A stretch of DNA of 64,000 nt from an uncultured virus (IMG/VR IMGVR_UViG_3300017739_000002) (lineage: Duplodnaviria > Heunggongvirae > Uroviricota > Caudoviricetes), in IMG/VR virus record IMGVR_UViG_3300017739_000002; one strand, 5' to 3'. Shown here piece after piece: positions 1 to 8,999 of the stretch (position 1 is the first letter of the stretch; each line of letters opens with the position of its first letter). The translations under genes and the position numbers were made by a program. The notes under the pieces were generated by a model, which searched no databases, had not been told where the DNA came from, and saw only the letters and a program-made list of their open reading frames with translations.

Positions 1-319
1 CCGCTATAAGAATAGTTTGATCAGGATTAAACATTGCATACCATAATAAGTATCCTGCCGCACAGGTACTTTTACCTGTTTGTCGTGCAAGCATACTAAC
101 ACTATATCTAAAATCATGATATGTATCTACTAGATCAACCTGATAAGGATATAATCCAAACTTCATTCTACCCTGTACTGGGTGTTGAATATAACAATAA
201 TTCATAAGGAAGTATTTTGGATCTTTCATACAAAGAGCCAATTCAGTTAACTGGTGTTCAGTGAACTTCTCCTTTTTATACGGAGTTTTAGTTAATTTTG
301 TATCTACTGTACCTGCCAT
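1..319 (-). CDS. gp17: Terminase large subunit, N-terminal part (runs off window)
   Basis: Absent from ORF track. Hand translation MAGTVDTKLTKTPYKK...CMKDPKYFLMNYCYIQHPVQG...LYPYQ...MLARQTGKSTCAAGYLLWYAMF shows the T4 gp17 adenine-binding YQ motif and Walker A (RQxGKS/T). Confidence 0.95.
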   Translation of the reverse strand, partial: MAGTVDTKLTKTPYKKEKFTEHQLTELALCMKDPKYFLMNYCYIQHPVQGRMKFGLYPYQVDLVDTYHDFRYSVSMLARQTGKSTCAAGYLLWYAMFNPDQTILIA

Positions 320-320
320 A

Positions 321-1013
321 TTAGTATTTACCAAAAGCCCATTGACGTTCTTTACACCACCAACATTCACCACAATGCGTAGTCATCCAACTAGGAGTAT
401 CTTTATTATGCCTACTTTCCTGTTCACAACTTCGTGTAAATGGAAAAAGTTTATCCATCATTTCAAAATGATTATAAAGATATGCTATAAAGCGTTTATC
501 AATATTCATCCATGGTTGCCAACGCAATACTTCAGGAGATAGGTTTCTATATGGTGGTCTGCCATGTCCTTCGTCCCTTGCTTCAAATCTACCTTCACGT
601 AAATGTTCTACATCTACAGATGGGTTTTGTGTTGTGCCTAGTATTGCTACTGTTGTTCCATGTATCTTTGTAATTAGTTTTTCAGTTTCGTTAAGTTCTT
701 GCCTACGTTGATCATCTGTAAAATATGTGTAGTGACTTTTTATAAGTTCAGTACCTGTAAGTTCTAATACTTTATCTAAGACTGTAGTTGCCCATTTTGC
801 ATTATACCAACCTTTTACAACGTTTGCACATGTTATAACATGTATTTCAGCATCAGGTATATGCTTCTCACAATATTTAATTAGCATCCATAATAATATT
901 GCACTATCCGCCCCTCCTGAAATATTAATTACTAATTTTCTGTGGGGAGCAGGAATATAAAATTCTACAGACTGACTATAAGAGTCAGTATAAACGTCAA
1001 TAGGTCTTTCCAT
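321..1013 (-). CDS. QueC-like PP-loop ATPase (7-cyano-7-deazaguanine synthase family)
   Basis: SGGADS PP-loop and C-terminal Zn-site pattern TRSC...HCGECWWCKER. Start moved to ATG 1013 because the longer ORF runs through a promoter and terminator. Confidence 0.75.
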   Translation of the reverse strand: MERPIDVYTDSYSQSVEFYIPAPHRKLVINISGGADSAILLWMLIKYCEKHIPDAEIHVITCANVVKGWYNAKWATTVLDKVLELTGTELIKSHYTYFTDDQRRQELNETEKLITKIHGTTVAILGTTQNPSVDVEHLREGRFEARDEGHGRPPYRNLSPEVLRWQPWMNIDKRFIAYLYNHFEMMDKLFPFTRSCEQESRHNKDTPSWMTTHCGECWWCKERQWAFGKY

Positions 1014-1030
1014 GTGTGTATTTATAGGAG

Positions 1031-1062
1031 AAAAAACCCGTGAAAATATCACGGGTCTTTTT
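1031..1062 (-). terminator. Intrinsic terminator (possibly bidirectional)
   Basis: CCCGTGA-AAATA-TCACGGG stem flanked by A6 and T-rich tracts, just after the 1067..2749 stop. Confidence 0.8.
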
Positions 1063-1066
1063 AATT

Positions 1067-2749
1067 TTACTTGTCTTTATGAGCGTTGTACTTTGCTTTC
1101 ATACCTTTTACGCTATGATTCTCATTCACGTTAATTTTAAGGTCTTGTGCATCTAAGTAACGCTTAAGGCTTAGATTTACTGCCTGTGCAAAATCATCAT
1201 TTGCATCACCTGCATGTTTTGTTGGCTCTGTTTCGCCTACACCTGCAGGAGTGTTTGCCCACTCATCTAACTTTTTGTTAATTGCTTCTTCAGATAATCC
1301 TGAATTTTTAAGTAAGTTAATAAGTTGTGTAGTGTCCATTGTTGGTGCCTCTGCTACAACTTCTTCATCTGTTTCTGCAGATTCTTTCTTAACTTTATAC
1401 TTTTTGCCATCTACTTCAAACTCATCTTTACCGGCTTTTCTTGCTTTTTCTAGTTCGCCTGAAAATTCGTTTCCTTCATTTGGCTCTTCGTCAATTTCTT
1501 TTTTTGCTTCATCGATAGATTCATCTGTTTCTTCTTTATCATCAGATTTTTTCTTTTTCTTATCGTGATAGTCTTTTAAGCCTTTTGGCATTTCGCCTTC
1601 ATCGACTTTTTCATCTTCATGTACGCTTGGATCATCACACTTTGGATCATCACAACCGCACTTTTCTTCAAGTGTTTCCTCTGCAACCGGAGCCTTCTGA
1701 ACTCCAGCAATCTTAAGGATTCTATCTAGTTCTTCCATCATTCTTGACTCCTGTTTAGTTTCTTCTTCACCTTCTAGATGTGCCATACCATCGTCTTGCA
1801 TGCCTTGTTCACTAAATGAAACTGGTGTGCCAATGATACCACTGATTTCCTCTTCGAATCCACTATCTGTATAGATAGTCCATGGACCTTCGTGTTTTAC
1901 TGAAACACTCATATATCCATCTTCGTCTGTATTAATTGTAATATCGTGTACATATATTTTGTATGTTACTTCTTCGCCACGCTTTTCACCTTGCCAAATA
2001 CTGTCGCCTGCAAGATCAATGTTTTTGTTGACTTCAATTACTCTTCTGCCTTCAGCTTCAGTTACTGACTCATCAGTACCGCCAAACCATCCAAGTTCTC
2101 TAAGTGTTTTCATAACCTTTGTCTTAACTGCTTTGTCTTCACCACCAGCATATTTAATGAAAAGTTCTTTTACTTGCTCGTCTGTTGCAGGATCTTCCTC
2201 TTCAATTTTATCTAAAATTCTGTTTGCCTTGTACATTGCTTCGCCACCTTTGCCACCTACATATCCTGTAGATGTTTTAGTGCCTTTTAATTCACCTGGC
2301 CTGTCTGTTTTAATAGTATATCCTGGTTCTAATTCAATTTCTGCTTCTTTCATTGGTGGCATATCATTGTGCCTACGGAAGTCTGATACAAAGTCTTTAA
2401 TTGTATCACCGTCTAGATAGCGAATTAATTCATCTAGTACAATACTATGTGAACCCAGTTCTTCAATCAAGTCTAAAATTGGATCTGCAGAATCGCCTAC
2501 TGCTTCTTCAACATTTTCTGGTACAATTTTATGACTTCTTGCAGATACACCCTGCAATGCCATAATTGCTTTTTCAAATGTAACAATTTGATCAGTTAAA
2601 TCACCTGTACCTGTTCCTTGTGAATCCAGTTCTACTAGTTTTTGTACTTTTCCTTTTAAAGTTGAAACAAGAGAATCAATCTCGCCCAATGTGGCGTGCT
2701 TCTGTTCATCCATTTCATCTTCTTTAATTACTTTTTTAAGTTCTCTCAT
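1067..2749 (-). CDS. Acidic hypothetical protein, probable internal head protein
   Basis: 560 aa, very E/D-rich, many hydrophobic-x-E sites typical of gp21 substrates; lies in a late operon upstream of terminase. Confidence 0.5.
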   Translation of the reverse strand: MRELKKVIKEDEMDEQKHATLGEIDSLVSTLKGKVQKLVELDSQGTGTGDLTDQIVTFEKAIMALQGVSARSHKIVPENVEEAVGDSADPILDLIEELGSHSIVLDELIRYLDGDTIKDFVSDFRRHNDMPPMKEAEIELEPGYTIKTDRPGELKGTKTSTGYVGGKGGEAMYKANRILDKIEEEDPATDEQVKELFIKYAGGEDKAVKTKVMKTLRELGWFGGTDESVTEAEGRRVIEVNKNIDLAGDSIWQGEKRGEEVTYKIYVHDITINTDEDGYMSVSVKHEGPWTIYTDSGFEEEISGIIGTPVSFSEQGMQDDGMAHLEGEEETKQESRMMEELDRILKIAGVQKAPVAEETLEEKCGCDDPKCDDPSVHEDEKVDEGEMPKGLKDYHDKKKKKSDDKEETDESIDEAKKEIDEEPNEGNEFSGELEKARKAGKDEFEVDGKKYKVKKESAETDEEVVAEAPTMDTTQLINLLKNSGLSEEAINKKLDEWANTPAGVGETEPTKHAGDANDDFAQAVNLSLKRYLDAQDLKINVNENHSVKGMKAKYNAHKDK

Positions 2750-3252
2750 TTTTTGTCCTCCTTTTCCTTATCTTTACGTAAGGATAGAAGCTCTTGTACA
2801 AATTTAGAGTTGTATTTGTCACCATAATAATCTTCTGCTTTAATTTTTTCGGCCTCGGAGTAATCGCCATCTTCTAGCATAGATCCAGCTTCTTTTGGTT
2901 CGCTTGTACTTGCTTGTTCCTGCTGTTCTAAAGGTTCCATATCACTACGTACCTTCATGACTGCATCTCCCAGTCCAAGTAATGCTTTTAATTCTTCTTG
3001 AATTTGATACGCACTGGCTGGTCGCTCAGTGGTAAATTCTATAACATGAACTTCATGTCCACGTGCCTGTGGGAAATCATAAGGAGCACTTTGTAGCATT
3101 AATCTTTTAGGTGCTTGTACAGTTTTCACTTCATACTTTGCTAAATGTCTTTCGATACGATCTACTGATTCGTTATCAATCTCATTTATAAGTTTGATGC
3201 GATAAGTGTAATCTCTTTTTGATTCCGTTAAATATTGTTTAAATGTTTTCAT
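2746..3252 (-). CDS. Hypothetical protein with T4 capsid-targeting-like N-terminus
   Basis: Starts MKTFKQYLTE; late-promoter-like GATAAATA at 3282..3275. Confidence 0.55.
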   Translation of the reverse strand: MKTFKQYLTESKRDYTYRIKLINEIDNESVDRIERHLAKYEVKTVQAPKRLMLQSAPYDFPQARGHEVHVIEFTTERPASAYQIQEELKALLGLGDAVMKVRSDMEPLEQQEQASTSEPKEAGSMLEDGDYSEAEKIKAEDYYGDKYNSKFVQELLSLRKDKEKEDKK

Positions 3253-3273
3253 TATACAACTCCGAACTTATAA

Positions 3274-3798
3274 TTATTTATCATTTTCTTTCATCTTTTG
3301 CATGATAGAATCAAGCATTGAAGCTCTATCGCCGATAAATTCACCTTGAATTTCAGTAGGTTCATCACCTGCTTCCTTCATATCTAATTTGCGTTCATCT
3401 AAATCTAACTTTGCTTTACGCATTTGAAGCTCAATCATCTTTAGTTTCTTATCCATTTTATGTTGTTTTGCTGTTAAGGCCGCTGTAAGCATTTTACTAG
3501 CACTATCAAATATAGGAGCCGCATGTCTATCTTCTACGTTTTTACCAAGATCACACAAATCTTCAAAAGTAGTCATTGCTTTTGTAGCATATTCATCCAT
3601 TTCCCTATCAAGTTCTTCTAATCCAATCACAGCAGGAAGTGAACCATCAATACGTTCTGTCATGTCCAGTTTACCCTGAACAAGAGCAATTTCTTCTTGT
3701 GATTCCTCTACTGTTGGTAAAGTTTCCTCTATTTCATCTGGGATTTTTACATCTTCAATAGGTGGTAATCCTAATTCTTCTTCTAATCTTTTTGTCAT
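3274..3798 (-). CDS. Helical protein, possible terminase small subunit
   Basis: 174 aa, coiled-coil-like central region, in the gp4-to-gp17 block; size and position only, no diagnostic motif. Confidence 0.4.
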   Translation of the reverse strand: MTKRLEEELGLPPIEDVKIPDEIEETLPTVEESQEEIALVQGKLDMTERIDGSLPAVIGLEELDREMDEYATKAMTTFEDLCDLGKNVEDRHAAPIFDSASKMLTAALTAKQHKMDKKLKMIELQMRKAKLDLDERKLDMKEAGDEPTEIQGEFIGDRASMLDSIMQKMKENDK

Positions 3799-4235
3799 TT
3801 CTTTCTCTGCTGTGGTTTATTATATATTTCTTTTTCAGTAATTACACGAAAACCTAAGCCTTGATTCTTACACCATGCTCTGGCGGCTTCCCATTTTGCT
3901 TGGTTTACTACTGCGGCCGCCTTCTGTTGCATGCCACGTGCTTCACCAAGTATTTGTCCACTTGGTTTTACTTCAATCATTTCTGCTTTTCTATTTTTAT
4001 TTTTATCTTCATATACCATTAAAAAATCTGGTACATACGTAGTTTGCTTACCTGTAAGTGGATGTCTGTATGGTATTCTGTGTGTCTCGCTACCCCAAGC
4101 AATTACATTTGGATGTGCGTCTGCCATTCGCATAACGGCAAGTTCCCAACCACTTCTGTAACGTGGAGTTCTTTTGCCTACATATTTTGTAGGATTTGTA
4201 GGTGTAAACATACCTTGTTGAAACTTCTTTGCCAT
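3795..4235 (-). CDS. gp4: Head completion nuclease (TnsA-like)
   Basis: F.P.NP.KY.G...YRSGWE...WGSE...IPY...YVPDF...IEVKP...NQAKWEAA...F.VITE signature of T4 gp4. Confidence 0.93.
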   Translation of the reverse strand: MAKKFQQGMFTPTNPTKYVGKRTPRYRSGWELAVMRMADAHPNVIAWGSETHRIPYRHPLTGKQTTYVPDFLMVYEDKNKNRKAEMIEVKPSGQILGEARGMQQKAAAVVNQAKWEAARAWCKNQGLGFRVITEKEIYNKPQQRKK

Positions 4236-4248
4236 AGTAGTATTTAGT

Positions 4249-4935
4249 TTAAATGACTGGCGGTGTTTCTAGAGCTTCTTTAATTTGTGTTCTTAATTCA
4301 GTTGCTAGTCCTGGATCACTTTTTACGTGATATCCTTCATATTGTATTTGTAATGTATATTGAATTGGACCGCTATCACCATAATCTAGTGTATCACCAT
4401 CTATATTACTGATTATAGGATTTCTTAAAATGATTACGTTAGCGTCTCTTGATGTATTGAACCTTACAATTTTTAAACTTGTAAAGTAATATCTAGAATT
4501 ACGTAGTACAAAACCTGTATTACTTGTACCTGAACCGCTAAAGTTTTCAGATACTATATCCTCTGTAAATTTAGCAGAACTATTTCCCATCAATCCTGCG
4601 TAGTAATATTCAGAAGCATTTTTAAGAAAACGTTCTACTTGTGCATCTCTATCATCATAGACACGCATACTAACAGGAGAATAATCTATACCTGTCTGTA
4701 TCAAACGTTTTTTATTATATTGATTTTGTGCTGAAACTCTAGAAGTATGTCCTGGCATTGATACGCTTTGAATCCTTGCCATTGGTATGGTAGAAACGGA
4801 GCCGCTTTCAGCGCCTCCGATTTCCCATAAACACATAAACTGGAACTTGGTCCTAGGAAACAACGGCTGTACTGCATTAGATCCTGTGTTTACTCCATAA
4901 ACATCGGTTGCAATGTCACCTAGAAACTTTCCCAT
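4249..4935 (-). CDS. Tail tube-fold paralog (gp19/gp54-like)
   Basis: PRTKFQF, QYNKKRLIQTGIDYSPVSMRVYDD, LDYGDSGPIQYTLQIQYE parallel the motifs of the adjacent tube protein. Confidence 0.7.
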   Translation of the reverse strand: MGKFLGDIATDVYGVNTGSNAVQPLFPRTKFQFMCLWEIGGAESGSVSTIPMARIQSVSMPGHTSRVSAQNQYNKKRLIQTGIDYSPVSMRVYDDRDAQVERFLKNASEYYYAGLMGNSSAKFTEDIVSENFSGSGTSNTGFVLRNSRYYFTSLKIVRFNTSRDANVIILRNPIISNIDGDTLDYGDSGPIQYTLQIQYEGYHVKSDPGLATELRTQIKEALETPPVI

Positions 4936-4951
4936 TTGTTCCTATCCTAGA

Positions 4952-5581
4952 TTACTGAGCGCCGTCAGTTGTTGCTGAGGATTCTCCGCCTGCAACAATA
5001 CCAGCATTAGTTAGTTCGTCTATTGCTGATTGTAAAATTGTGTGGCTTGCGTTATCGTAACGGATAGTTGCTGTTACCTGAACCATATCACTTGTGGAGT
5101 AGTTAAGGTCACCATACTGAATACTTGGAATAAAGCAACCAACTAGTTCCCATTTATCAAGTACTGCGGCACCGTTACTATCATTATCAAATGAACCATC
5201 AAGTGTTATAATTGACATTTTAAATTTGTAGTCTGCACCAGATTTTGCAGATGCTTGTGTAGAGTGGTTAACTTGCTTTGATAGCTGATGGTCTAACGAT
5301 TTAATGACGTTACCATCCATGTCGTCACGTAACACAAGTGTGATGTCTGACCAAGTATGCTTACCAGCCAAACGAATCTTTGAGTTATATGTATCTAATG
5401 TAATGTCTTCATGATCTAGTTGTGGACGAGTGACACTAATAACATTTGTTGTTACAAGTGGCATTCCATCACCACCACTGCCCATGCCTTCAAACTCTAC
5501 CTTGAAACGATATTGTAGTTTCGGCATAAGTGTAGCAGAAGCATTATCAGTAGGTACACCAAAATTTGTAATTACAGCCAT
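4952..5581 (-). CDS. gp19: Tail tube protein
   Basis: PKLQYRF, LAGKHTWSDITLVLRDD, WELVGCF, YGDLNYS...RYD typical of gp19; AGGAG SD; lies downstream of the sheath gene. Confidence 0.9.
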   Translation of the reverse strand: MAVITNFGVPTDNASATLMPKLQYRFKVEFEGMGSGGDGMPLVTTNVISVTRPQLDHEDITLDTYNSKIRLAGKHTWSDITLVLRDDMDGNVIKSLDHQLSKQVNHSTQASAKSGADYKFKMSIITLDGSFDNDSNGAAVLDKWELVGCFIPSIQYGDLNYSTSDMVQVTATIRYDNASHTILQSAIDELTNAGIVAGGESSATTDGAQ

Positions 5582-5603
5582 TTTAATCTCCTTTTAGAAT
5601 AAA

Positions 5604-5638
5604 TTCTTGCTATCTGTATTTATGCCAAATAGCAAGAA
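5604..5638 (-). promoter_or_regulatory. Late promoter CATAAATA (5624..5617) inside a 10-bp inverted repeat
   Basis: TTCTTGCTAT-15 nt-ATAGCAAGAA with the T4-type late promoter in the loop, upstream of gp19. Confidence 0.65.
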
Positions 5639-5646
5639 AATTTCAT

Positions 5647-6318
5647 TTAATTTCTTTGACAGTTAATGCCTTTAATATCCTGTGGCGGCTGTGCAAAAGG
5701 CAGTACATCTAGTAACCATTGAGTACTGATTGCTAGGTTTTCCTTTTGTGAGTTGCCAGTTTCACCACGACTGTATAGATGAATACCACATGCTAAATGC
5801 ACTGTACCATCTTTAAAGCAGAAACCACTGTGGATTTTGCGTGTATTGACCGCATACCAACGACGTGGTTCGAATTTTACTAGTTTTCCATCGTGGATAA
5901 ACGTAAATTCATTTTGATTGCAGTTGTTCGCCCAGCAAATAAGACGTAGGCTATCGCCTAATATTTCGCCAGTTGGCTTGACGGACTTCCACTTATCTCT
6001 GTGAGGGAATAGATAGTCTCCACTATCATAAAGCATACAACCTACTTCTGTTGCATTCTCCGGTAAACCCCAACCTTCTGGGACAAAGTTATATTCCCAA
6101 CCACCCTTAGGACCATTTTCAGGACCTTTAAGTTGATTATCTTTAGTTGGTCTTTGTCTCTTAATTAATTCTGGTCTGCTGTTAAACTCAATACACTGAT
6201 CAATTACATTTTCTGGTACCCATGCATCAAGCTCAATAATGTCGCCTGCACTCTGGAATAACCATGTAGTAGTCATGTAAGGAACTTCTTTAGACTGAAT
6301 ATCTGTGAACATGTCCAT
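5647..6318 (-). CDS. 2OG-Fe(II) oxygenase-like protein (AspH/prolyl-hydroxylase-like)
   Basis: YLFPHRD (HxD) and distal VNTRKIHSG His; GGAG SD before ATG 6318 (ORF extends to 6366). Confidence 0.65.
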   Translation of the reverse strand: MDMFTDIQSKEVPYMTTTWLFQSAGDIIELDAWVPENVIDQCIEFNSRPELIKRQRPTKDNQLKGPENGPKGGWEYNFVPEGWGLPENATEVGCMLYDSGDYLFPHRDKWKSVKPTGEILGDSLRLICWANNCNQNEFTFIHDGKLVKFEPRRWYAVNTRKIHSGFCFKDGTVHLACGIHLYSRGETGNSQKENLAISTQWLLDVLPFAQPPQDIKGINCQRN

Positions 6319-6392
6319 ATTTGAACTCCATTTTATTTTAACGTTAAAAAAGGCATATTGCCTCATACGTATTTATGTAAATCAGTCATAAT

Positions 6393-6423
6393 AAAAGCGG
6401 GCAGTTAATTAAATGCCCGCTTT
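6393..6423 (-). terminator. Intrinsic terminator after sheath gene
   Basis: AAAGCGGGCA...TGCCCGCTTT stem followed by a T-rich tract on the minus strand. Confidence 0.8.
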
Positions 6424-6435
6424 AATTAGTTTTTA

Positions 6436-8904
6436 TTAGCTAAGTTCGCCTGTATTAACAATACGGATTGGAATGTAAATAAATTCTGCCGCTTTTGTTG
6501 GCTCAATAGCCACATCAATGTATAACTCGTTTGCGTCAATTCTTGCAGGTGTGTTGTTTGATGTATCACAAACTACTGCAAAGTCGTATACGCCACGCTG
6601 TGTAAGGATATTTGATAAGAATCCATCAAATGTTGCCTTAGCATTACGTCTTGTATTTGCATCATTTGGCTCAAACAAGTATGGTCTGCCAATAACTGCA
6701 AAGCGTTCTCTTAGATACGCTGTTAGACGTGCAACGTTAACACGATCAAGAGCACTTGCACTTGCCGCTAGAGTTTTCTGTCCAAACAACATAATGCCTT
6801 CGCCAGGGAATCTAGCAATAGGATTTAGTTTGTTTTGGTACATTGCATCTCTGTCGCCCTGTGTTAGAGCTACTGGAACAAATTCGCCTTCTGAATTTAA
6901 GTGTCCAACGTTTGTTGCGTTTTGTACGATACCACGTGTTAGACCTGCTGGAGCAAACCACTGGAATGCTACCTGGTCGTTGTATGCATATGAATAAAGT
7001 ACACTATGTGATGCTGGAGCAATTACATTTTTACCACTAATTGGGTCGCTTGTAAGCACACTTGGATAGTATGTTGCACCGTATGTATTGCTACTTACTA
7101 GTCCAGCCTCGCCGTTTGCTACTGCATTTGTACCTTGTACCCATGCAATGGACTCTGTTGGAGTTAAACGGAATGGTGAGTCAACAATTACAAATGCAGT
7201 TTCATTTCTGTCACTGTTTAATGTAAACATTTCGTCTGCCATTTCAGGATAACCTGGAGTTGCAATTAAACGGAACTGGATTGTTTCTTCACGTAGTTTT
7301 GTACTTGCCGCTGATGCTTGCATCTTTGCAACAATTACTGCTCTTTGAGCATGTCTACCAAAAGAACCTGATCCGTTAGGTTGATTTCCTGCCGCATTAC
7401 GCCATTTCCATGTAGTTGATAGTCCTGAATCATATACTCTTACAGTATTACCACTACGGTTCATGTTAATTGCTGTTGTGCCTGATGGATAAATTAATGG
7501 ATTAGGTCCATTTGCAAGTACTGCGCCACTTGCTACAAAAGTACCACCTGCGTTTGCCTGACTTGTAATGTCACCAAATACAACACCGTCACTTGTAGAT
7601 TGATCTGAATTGTCTTTAGCAACCCAAGATGTGCCGTTATGTCTGTAAATTACAGGATAACCTGCCGCATCTGTATCAACCCAATAGTCACCGTCTGCTA
7701 GTGCATTTCCGCCTGAATCCTGTGAAGGTGCCGCAGAACCGTACTGTACGTCTTCGACTTTTTGCCATTTTTGTACGCCACTGTCTACTGCTACTTCATA
7801 AACATCTAATTCATTTAGATCTGGATCAAACCAATATGTACCATTTACTGGATTACCTACTGGTTCTGTAGTTGAAACACTCATTGTATAACCACCAGTT
7901 GCAGTTGTGCTTGATGTTGAAATATCATCAAACTCATCATTTGCAGAATCGTAACGTTTAATTGTTACAATACCTGTATTTGTTGCTGTTGGTGATACTG
8001 CAAGCCAAATATCGCCTTCTTCTAGATCGCGGACCGCGCCTGCAGAGCCGTCATGATTTTTATCTGTAATAATTCCTGTTGGAACTACGCCTGAATCGTT
8101 TGCATATACTGGTGTTTGCTTTGTGAATGAACCACTTGCAGTTGTGTATAATGCAATATATGGATCTAAACCTGATCCTGGAACTGTTGTTTTAATCCAA
8201 ATATCATTTGTAGTTGGACTTGCTGGTGCTGTGTAGTGTGGCTCAAAACTAACGTCTACTGTTGTATAGTTAGCATCAAGTAGTGTCCATGCACCACTTA
8301 CACCTTTGTAATAATAAAGTTGTGTGTCGTTTGCGTCATTAACAATTTCAACTAGGAAAGTATCATCAACTACTGCCGCAGTTGCTGAACCAGCAGTAGC
8401 AACGATTTCTACTGTTGGTGTTTGTACTTCCCACTGGCTTGAAGCTGAGTATTGATGAATACCAAAACTAGAAGCAGTTGGATTTAGCCAATATGTGTTA
8501 TTGTCCGCAGGACCTGTTGGTGCAGTTGAACTTGGACGAAGTGATGTTAGATCAACGTCTGCTCGCATAATATATGCGGCTGATGCTTGACCTAAAAAAC
8601 TGTATGCGGCCATAAGACCGTATTCATTTGTTTCGTCGCCTTGTTGAACTGTACCAGATACTTGTCTAATATCAACGTTACCAAAATACTGTGTAAGTTC
8701 ACGTTGTGAAGTTACTAGTACAGGTGAACCTGAATTAGTTGATTTTGTGAATTTTGCAATTCCATCAGTTTCTGTACCAGTTGGATCTGTCTTGTCACTA
8801 CCAGTTGCTATAAACAACATTGGGACAGTACCAGCGCCGGCTGGGCCATAAACTGACTCGTCTGTTACTGAAACCTGTACGCCAGGTGAAACAAGATTTG
8901 CCAT
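6436..8904 (-). CDS. gp18: Tail sheath protein with large insertion domain
   Basis: MANLVSPGVQVSVTDES start; C-terminal WFAPAGLTRG, LNPI, GQKTL, LDRVNVARL, FEPND, VVCDTSNNTP, IEPTKAAEFIYI. SD GAGGAG; late promoter GATAAATA 8957..8950. Confidence 0.97.
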   Translation of the reverse strand: MANLVSPGVQVSVTDESVYGPAGAGTVPMLFIATGSDKTDPTGTETDGIAKFTKSTNSGSPVLVTSQRELTQYFGNVDIRQVSGTVQQGDETNEYGLMAAYSFLGQASAAYIMRADVDLTSLRPSSTAPTGPADNNTYWLNPTASSFGIHQYSASSQWEVQTPTVEIVATAGSATAAVVDDTFLVEIVNDANDTQLYYYKGVSGAWTLLDANYTTVDVSFEPHYTAPASPTTNDIWIKTTVPGSGLDPYIALYTTASGSFTKQTPVYANDSGVVPTGIITDKNHDGSAGAVRDLEEGDIWLAVSPTATNTGIVTIKRYDSANDEFDDISTSSTTATGGYTMSVSTTEPVGNPVNGTYWFDPDLNELDVYEVAVDSGVQKWQKVEDVQYGSAAPSQDSGGNALADGDYWVDTDAAGYPVIYRHNGTSWVAKDNSDQSTSDGVVFGDITSQANAGGTFVASGAVLANGPNPLIYPSGTTAINMNRSGNTVRVYDSGLSTTWKWRNAAGNQPNGSGSFGRHAQRAVIVAKMQASAASTKLREETIQFRLIATPGYPEMADEMFTLNSDRNETAFVIVDSPFRLTPTESIAWVQGTNAVANGEAGLVSSNTYGATYYPSVLTSDPISGKNVIAPASHSVLYSYAYNDQVAFQWFAPAGLTRGIVQNATNVGHLNSEGEFVPVALTQGDRDAMYQNKLNPIARFPGEGIMLFGQKTLAASASALDRVNVARLTAYLRERFAVIGRPYLFEPNDANTRRNAKATFDGFLSNILTQRGVYDFAVVCDTSNNTPARIDANELYIDVAIEPTKAAEFIYIPIRIVNTGELS

Positions 8905-8999
8905 TTGGAGTTCTCCTCTCATTATTAGAACATAATGTTCTTATATGAATATTTATCGGATTACCCAAATAGAGTGCTGATATAGAATTATGTGTAGTT

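Noticed and set aside
6340..6366. Attenuator-like hairpin AGGCA-ATA-TGCCT plus T-tract just after the oxygenase promoter
   Set aside because: Only 5-6 bp with a 3-nt loop at the very 5' end of the transcript; too weak to call.
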